Below are positions 58,802 through 64,000 of a stretch of 64,000 nt of DNA, in pieces. Each line of letters starts with the position of its first letter. The first letter of the stretch is position 1. Both the position numbers and the translations under genes were made by a program. Source of the DNA: an uncultured Pelagibacteraceae bacterium (GTDB lineage Bacteria > Pseudomonadota > Alphaproteobacteria > Pelagibacterales > Pelagibacteraceae); assembly GCA_902537845.1 (NCBI GenBank), contig CACBDC010000006.1, positions 129 through 64,128 of the forward strand. Reading direction: 5' to 3'. Under the pieces are notes generated by a model. The model had not been told where the DNA came from. It did no database searches and saw only the letters and a program-made list of their open reading frames with translations.

Positions 58802-59613
58802 TGAATCAATTGGTTTCAACAGAATGGTTAGATAAAAACATAAATAAAGTAAAAATTTTAGATGCTAGTTGGCATCTTCCAAATGCTAATAGAAATTCAT
58901 TTGAAGAATATAAATCAGAACATATCATTAATTCTATTTTTTTTGATATAGATAAAAACTCTAATCAAAAAACCAGCCTTCCCCATATGCTTCCATATAA
59001 GGATGATTGGGAAATGATAGTATCTAATTTAGGTATAATCAATTCAGATCACATAATTGTTTATGACAACTCAGATGTTTTTAGTTCTTGTAGAGTTTGG
59101 TATACCTTTTTGTACTTTGGTCATGACCCAAAACTTATCTCAGTATTAGATGGGAGTTTTGAAAAATGGAAAAATGAAAAACGTCCTACATCTAGAGAGA
59201 TAATTAGTAATGAGAAATCAAAATATATTGCAAAAGAAAATAAATCACTTGTAATTAATAAAGATGAAGTAAAAAAAAATATTAATAGTAAAAAATTTCA
59301 ATTGATAGATGCAAGGGGAGAAAAAAGATTTTTGGGTTTACAACCTGAGCCACGAAAAGAATTAAGAAGCGGTAATATTAAAGGATCAATTAACCTTCCT
59401 TTCCAAAAACTTTTAAAAGAAGATAGAACTTTCAAAAAAAAAGATGAATTAATTGAAATCTTTAAAACAAAAAAAGTATCCATAGAGAAAGAAATGGCTT
59501 TTACATGTGGTTCTGGCGTTACAGCGTGTATTTTAGGTCTAGCTAATTCTATTATAAGTGGTAAAAAACCTGTTATCTATGACGGTTCATGGGCAGAATA
59601 CGGATTAAATTAA
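58801..59613 (+). CDS. sseA: 3-mercaptopyruvate sulfurtransferase / rhodanese
   Basis: LVSTEWL, LPHMLP, DARG..RF.G, CGSGVTAC, YDGSWAEY. Confidence 0.92.
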   Translation: MNQLVSTEWLDKNINKVKILDASWHLPNANRNSFEEYKSEHIINSIFFDIDKNSNQKTSLPHMLPYKDDWEMIVSNLGIINSDHIIVYDNSDVFSSCRVWYTFLYFGHDPKLISVLDGSFEKWKNEKRPTSREIISNEKSKYIAKENKSLVINKDEVKKNINSKKFQLIDARGEKRFLGLQPEPRKELRSGNIKGSINLPFQKLLKEDRTFKKKDELIEIFKTKKVSIEKEMAFTCGSGVTACILGLANSIISGKKPVIYDGSWAEYGLN

Positions 59614-59619
59614 AAAAAT

Positions 59620-60492
59620 ATGAAAACTTCTTCAAAAATAAAAACTTTTCTTATAATTTTTTTTATAGCTATTTTTGCAATTATAACGGCTAGGCATTTT
59701 ATAGGTCTTCATTTTAAAAAAAAATTTAGTGTAAGGCCGGCTCCAGGTGTAATCGTTTCTAAAGTAGAGAAGTCACTTTTTTATAAAAGCATTGAAACTT
59801 TTGGCACAGCTATCGCTCAAAATTCAAAAGCTTACAGGGTCCAAGCAAGTAATATTAATGGAAAGCTTAATCTGGAAAACAGAATTGTAAAAAAAGGTGA
59901 AGTAATTCTTACATTGAAAGATGGAGAAAACTTAATAGCGGATTTTGCTGGTAAGGTAGGGAAGAGGGAGATAGCTCAAGGTGTACTTGGTTCTGAGAGC
60001 TTAATCATTACTCTTGATGATCTTAAAAAAATTGTAATAGATATTAAGGTGCCTGAAAATTATGTAGGTGTTCTTAAAACAGGACTTAAAGCTGAGGTGA
60101 CAAGTTCAGCTTATAAAAAAATTTTTAGAGGAAAAATAGAAACAATAAGTTCTCGTATTGACCCCTCTACTAGATCAATCCTTTCAAGAATTATAGTCGA
60201 TAATCCAAATTTTGAAATTATTCCAGGACAGTTAATGACTGTAAAAATTATCTATGATGAAAAAATTCAAATCGGTGTTCCGGAGAGTGCTGTAACAATT
60301 CAAGGAAATACAGCCTTTGTTTATATTGTAAATGATGACTCTGCTGAAAAAAAGAATATTGAAATAGGTAAAAGAAATTTTGGTAAAGTTTCAGTTGCAT
60401 CTGGATTAAATGAAGGTGACGTTGTGATTAGTGAGGGTGTTTCTAAAGTACGAGATAAAGGAAAAATTAAAATTATTACATCAAATAAATAA
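59620..60492 (+). CDS. RND periplasmic adaptor (MFP) lacking the alpha-hairpin
   Basis: VKKGEVIL..IADFAGKVG lipoyl halves, VPE, SRIDPSTRS, PGQL, GLNEGD.VI.EG. Confidence 0.88.
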   Translation: MKTSSKIKTFLIIFFIAIFAIITARHFIGLHFKKKFSVRPAPGVIVSKVEKSLFYKSIETFGTAIAQNSKAYRVQASNINGKLNLENRIVKKGEVILTLKDGENLIADFAGKVGKREIAQGVLGSESLIITLDDLKKIVIDIKVPENYVGVLKTGLKAEVTSSAYKKIFRGKIETISSRIDPSTRSILSRIIVDNPNFEIIPGQLMTVKIIYDEKIQIGVPESAVTIQGNTAFVYIVNDDSAEKKNIEIGKRNFGKVSVASGLNEGDVVISEGVSKVRDKGKIKIITSNK

Positions 60493-63400
60493 ATGTTTTT
60501 AACTGACCTTTCAATCAAAAGACCTGTTGTAGCTTCCGTAATGAGCTTGGTGCTAGTTATATTTGGTTTAGTAACTTTTCAAGAAATTCCAACCGACGAA
60601 TTACCTGACGTACAGCCACCTGTTGTAACAATTCAAACCGAATATAGAGGTGCTTCAGCTGAAGTAGTTGATACGCAAATAACACAAAAAATTGAGGATT
60701 TTGTAGGAGGTACTCCAGGTCTAGAGACTATTGACTCTTTCAGTGAAGATGAAAGCTCAAGAATTACCTTAACTTTTGAAACTGATTTAGATTTAGATGA
60801 TGTAACTAATGATGTCAGAAGTTCTGTGTCTAGAGTTTTAGATAATTTACCAGAAGGAGCTGAACAACCAGAAATATTTAAACAAAGTGCAGGTATGCGT
60901 ACAACAATGTGGTTATCTTTTAACTCTGAAACTATGTCAGACTTAGAACTTACTGACTATGCAGACAGATATTTAACAGATACATTTTCAACAGTTGATG
61001 GAGTAGGTCGAGTGAGACTTGGTGGTCAAAGGGAGTTATCTCTGAGGATTTGGTTGGACCCGATCGCACTTGCAGCAAGAGATTTAACTACTGAGGAAGT
61101 AGAAAATGTTCTTAGAAAAGAAAATGTAGAGTTTCCAGCCGGAAGAATCGAGTCAAAAGATATTGATCTAACCATTAAACTTAATAAAGCTTATAGTAAT
61201 TTAGAAAATTACAAAAATTTACCCCTTAAAAGAGCAGTAGACGGATCAATTATTACTCTTTCTGATGTTGCAAGAGTGGAGCTTGGTGCAGAGTCAACGC
61301 GTACTTTATTTAAAGGTAACGGAAAACAAGTTGTGGGAATAGGAATTTACCAGCAATCAGATGCAAACACTATTGCTGTTGCCGATGGAATAAAAAAGAA
61401 AATTGAAGAACTCAAACCCAGCTTGCCTCCAAATACAACTTTAGAAGTTTCATTTGATAGAAGCAATTATATTAAAGCTGCAGTTAAAGAGGTTTATAAA
61501 ACTCTTTTTATTGCTTTAATTTTAGTAACTATAATTATTTACCTTTTTCTAGGTAACATTAGAGCACTTGTAGTTCCATTAGTGGCTTTACCGGTCTCAT
61601 TAATTTCAACTTTCCTAGCAATTTACATATTTGATTTTTCAATTAATCTCTTCACGTTAATGGCTTTGGTCTTAGCTATTGGAATAGTTGTGGATGATGC
61701 GATTGTAATGCTTGAGAATATTGTAAGAAGGATAGAGTTAGGTGACACTCCTCTTGTTGCAGCATTCAAAGGTGCAAAGCAGGTTTCTTTTGCAATTATT
61801 GCTACAACAGTAGTTTTAGTTGCTGTATTTGTTCCTCTAATTTTTATTAAAGGAATTACAGGTGTACTATTTACACAAACCGCAATCACACTTGCATCTG
61901 CAGTTATTATTTCAAGTTTTGTTGCCTTGTCTTTAAGTCCAATGTTAGCGAGTAAGTTCCTAAAACGAAATATGAATAAATCAAAAATAGTTCTAAAATT
62001 TGAAAAATTTTTAAAAGATTTAACATATCTATATAAAATATCTTTACTAGGTTGGATAAAAAAAAAAACTACAATCACAGTATTTTTATTAGTAACATTA
62101 TCGCTAACTTTATTTTTTTTCAATTTTACAAAAAAGGAATTGATTGCTCCTGAAGATAGAGGAGCATTCTTTGTAATAGTAAAAGCACCACAAGGCTCTG
62201 GGTTTAATTTTACAAAAGATAGAGCTGAAGAAATTGAGGAGTTATTATTACCGAATGTTGGTAAAGGTGAATATAGAAAATTAATTATGAGAGTGCCTGG
62301 TTTTGGTAAATCTGCTAAACAAGTAAATAGTGGATTTATTATTGTCCTCCTTGAGCCTTGGAAAAAAAGAGATCGTCACGGTGTTCAGATAATGAGAGAG
62401 TCATTTGGAAAAATATCAAGAGTACCGGGTGTATTGGCTTTTCCAATTATGCCCCAAGGAATAAGAACAGGAGGAATTGAGAGTCCAGTACAATTCGTTA
62501 TTTTAGGAAATACTTATGATCAACTTATTGAATGGAAGGAAATTATCAAAAAAGAGGCAAGAAAAAATCCAGGGCTCACTTCGATAGAAGACGATTTTGA
62601 TCTAAACAAGCCTCAATTAAATGTAAAAATAGATCAAAAGAAAGCTGCTGACCTTGGAGTTTCCACAAAGGATATAGGTAAAACTATTGAAACTATATTT
62701 GGATCGAGAAGAGTTACTAATTTTACAAAAGACGGTAAAGAATATTCTATTATTCTTCAAGGAGATATTAAAGATCGTCAAGAGCCTGAAAGCATAAGTA
62801 AAGTTTTTGTTAGATCAAAAAATAATGATAAACTTGTATCAATTTCTAACCTAGTTTCTTACGATGAGGAAGGCCAGTCACCTTTTCTTGCACGATACAA
62901 CAGACAAAAAGCTGTTACAATTTCAGCACGATTAGTTGGTGACTATTCTTTAGATGAAGCACTTAAATTTTTAGTTGGAACAGTTGAACAAAATACTCCT
63001 CAAGCAAAAATAGCCTACAAAGGTGAAAGTGAGGAATACAAAAAAACTAATACAGAGTTGTACGTAATTTTTGCTCTAGCATTAATAACAGCTTATCTTG
63101 CAATGAGTGCGCAGTTTGAAAGTTGGAAACATCCATTTACAATAATGTTAACAGTTCCTATGGCCATACTTGGAGGTTTACTAGGTTTACTAGTGGTTGG
63201 TTCATCTTTGAATGTTTATAGCCAAATAGCCCTAATAATACTCATAGGATTATCAGCAAAAAATGGAATTTTAATTGTTGAATTTGCAAACCAATTAAGA
63301 AAAGAAGGAAAAAATATAGAGGTGGCTGTATTTGAGGCGGCAGCAATTAGATTAAGACCTATACTTATGACTAGTTTATCTACAATCATAGGAGTGCTGC

Positions 63401-63588
63401 CTTTAATTCTAGGGACTGGCCCAGGGGCAGCAAGCCGACTTACAGTCGGGATAACTATTTTTGGTGGAATGTTATTTTCTACTTTCTTTACGCTTTATGT
63501 AATTCCCACGATTTATACCATTGTTGGGAAAAATACTAAGAGAATTGATGCAGTTGAAATTGACCTAAATAAGCAGCTTAAAAAATAA
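60493..63588 (+). CDS. AcrB/HAE1 RND transporter
   Basis: IKRPV, GIVVDDAIV, KNGILIVEFA, RLRPILMT. Confidence 0.95.
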   Translation: MFLTDLSIKRPVVASVMSLVLVIFGLVTFQEIPTDELPDVQPPVVTIQTEYRGASAEVVDTQITQKIEDFVGGTPGLETIDSFSEDESSRITLTFETDLDLDDVTNDVRSSVSRVLDNLPEGAEQPEIFKQSAGMRTTMWLSFNSETMSDLELTDYADRYLTDTFSTVDGVGRVRLGGQRELSLRIWLDPIALAARDLTTEEVENVLRKENVEFPAGRIESKDIDLTIKLNKAYSNLENYKNLPLKRAVDGSIITLSDVARVELGAESTRTLFKGNGKQVVGIGIYQQSDANTIAVADGIKKKIEELKPSLPPNTTLEVSFDRSNYIKAAVKEVYKTLFIALILVTIIIYLFLGNIRALVVPLVALPVSLISTFLAIYIFDFSINLFTLMALVLAIGIVVDDAIVMLENIVRRIELGDTPLVAAFKGAKQVSFAIIATTVVLVAVFVPLIFIKGITGVLFTQTAITLASAVIISSFVALSLSPMLASKFLKRNMNKSKIVLKFEKFLKDLTYLYKISLLGWIKKKTTITVFLLVTLSLTLFFFNFTKKELIAPEDRGAFFVIVKAPQGSGFNFTKDRAEEIEELLLPNVGKGEYRKLIMRVPGFGKSAKQVNSGFIIVLLEPWKKRDRHGVQIMRESFGKISRVPGVLAFPIMPQGIRTGGIESPVQFVILGNTYDQLIEWKEIIKKEARKNPGLTSIEDDFDLNKPQLNVKIDQKKAADLGVSTKDIGKTIETIFGSRRVTNFTKDGKEYSIILQGDIKDRQEPESISKVFVRSKNNDKLVSISNLVSYDEEGQSPFLARYNRQKAVTISARLVGDYSLDEALKFLVGTVEQNTPQAKIAYKGESEEYKKTNTELYVIFALALITAYLAMSAQFESWKHPFTIMLTVPMAILGGLLGLLVVGSSLNVYSQIALIILIGLSAKNGILIVEFANQLRKEGKNIEVAVFEAAAIRLRPILMTSLSTIIGVLPLILGTGPGAASRLTVGITIFGGMLFSTFFTLYVIPTIYTIVGKNTKRIDAVEIDLNKQLKK

Positions 63589-64000
63589 TATACTTGTTTT
63601 TATCTAAATTTTTTTTACAGAGTGTTAATTGTTTTCTATATTTATTAGCCATATCTTTTACTGACTTTGCATAAATTACAGCCTTATTATCTTTGGAATA
63701 ATTTTTATAATCACCCCAACCTTTGTAGTATGCTAAATATTGTCTATAGGTATCTTTTTTAGAAATTCTTAAAATTTTATTAGTTTTATGAATATACCAA
63801 CCGATGAAGTCAACTGAGTCTTTAAACCTTGCTCTAGTTGCTAATGGATTATTTGTTTCTCGTTTATATTGTTCCCAAGTTCCTTTAACAGCTTGGGAGT
63901 AACCAAAAGAACTTGAAGGTCTTTTGAAAGGAATAACTTTAAATAATTTTTTTCGTGGCGGTTTAGCTAACCAATTAAAATCACTTTCTTTTTTAACAAA
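63578..64000 (-). CDS. SLT-type lytic transglycosylase-like protein (5' part outside window)
   Basis: Hand translation FVKKESDF..AKPPR..RPSSSFGYSQAVKGTW..DFIGWY..YLAY..GWG. Confidence 0.8.
   Translation of the reverse strand, partial: FVKKESDFNWLAKPPRKKLFKVIPFKRPSSSFGYSQAVKGTWEQYKRETNNPLATRARFKDSVDFIGWYIHKTNKILRISKKDTYRQYLAYYKGWGDYKNYSKDNKAVIYAKSVKDMANKYRKQLTLCKKNLDKNKYIIF

Noticed and set aside
61623-62123. Long antisense ORFs (also 22411-22878, 24866-25258, 3276-3608, 41660-42010 and others)
   Set aside because: Lie opposite well-supported genes, have no motifs, and are expected from codon bias
1-64000. CRISPR arrays, tRNA/rRNA genes, IS elements, integrases, prophage, known defence systems
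   Set aside because: No repeat-spacer pattern, cloverleaf or corresponding protein motifs found by eye

Overview
Very AT-rich, gene-dense alphaproteobacterial chromosome segment. Gene content and order (glcB, gcrA, cycM, kdsD-lptC-lptB, aroA-cmk-rpsA-ihfB-pyrF-trpFBA-accD-folC, tiny intergenic spacers) are consistent with a SAR11 / Ca. Pelagibacter genome; this is inferred from composition and synteny, not from a search. Most of the window is housekeeping. It also holds the SRP RNA gene and an accessory-looking phosphorus block (divergent PiT-like transporter plus ugpBAECQ). No tRNA, rRNA, CRISPR, IS or prophage was seen. Most notable: (1) a GC-rich hairpin + three-way-junction RNA leader in front of a small basic protein, with its own promoter and terminator (36652-36999); (2) an uncalled 38-aa basic ORF whose 3' UTR has an anti-SD-like C-rich tract and a perfect terminator; (3) pyrF broken by an apparent internal deletion plus frameshift; (4) an RND adaptor lacking the alpha-helical hairpin; (5) an SMR protein lacking the membrane Glu; (6) TrpB with an E109D-type substitution; (7) a minimal ROSE thermometer with a sigma32 promoter; (8) a RegA-like palindrome upstream of cycM; (9) sbcB/rmuC sitting where addAB normally lies; (10) several uncalled small ORFs. 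All family assignments come from motif recognition by eye.
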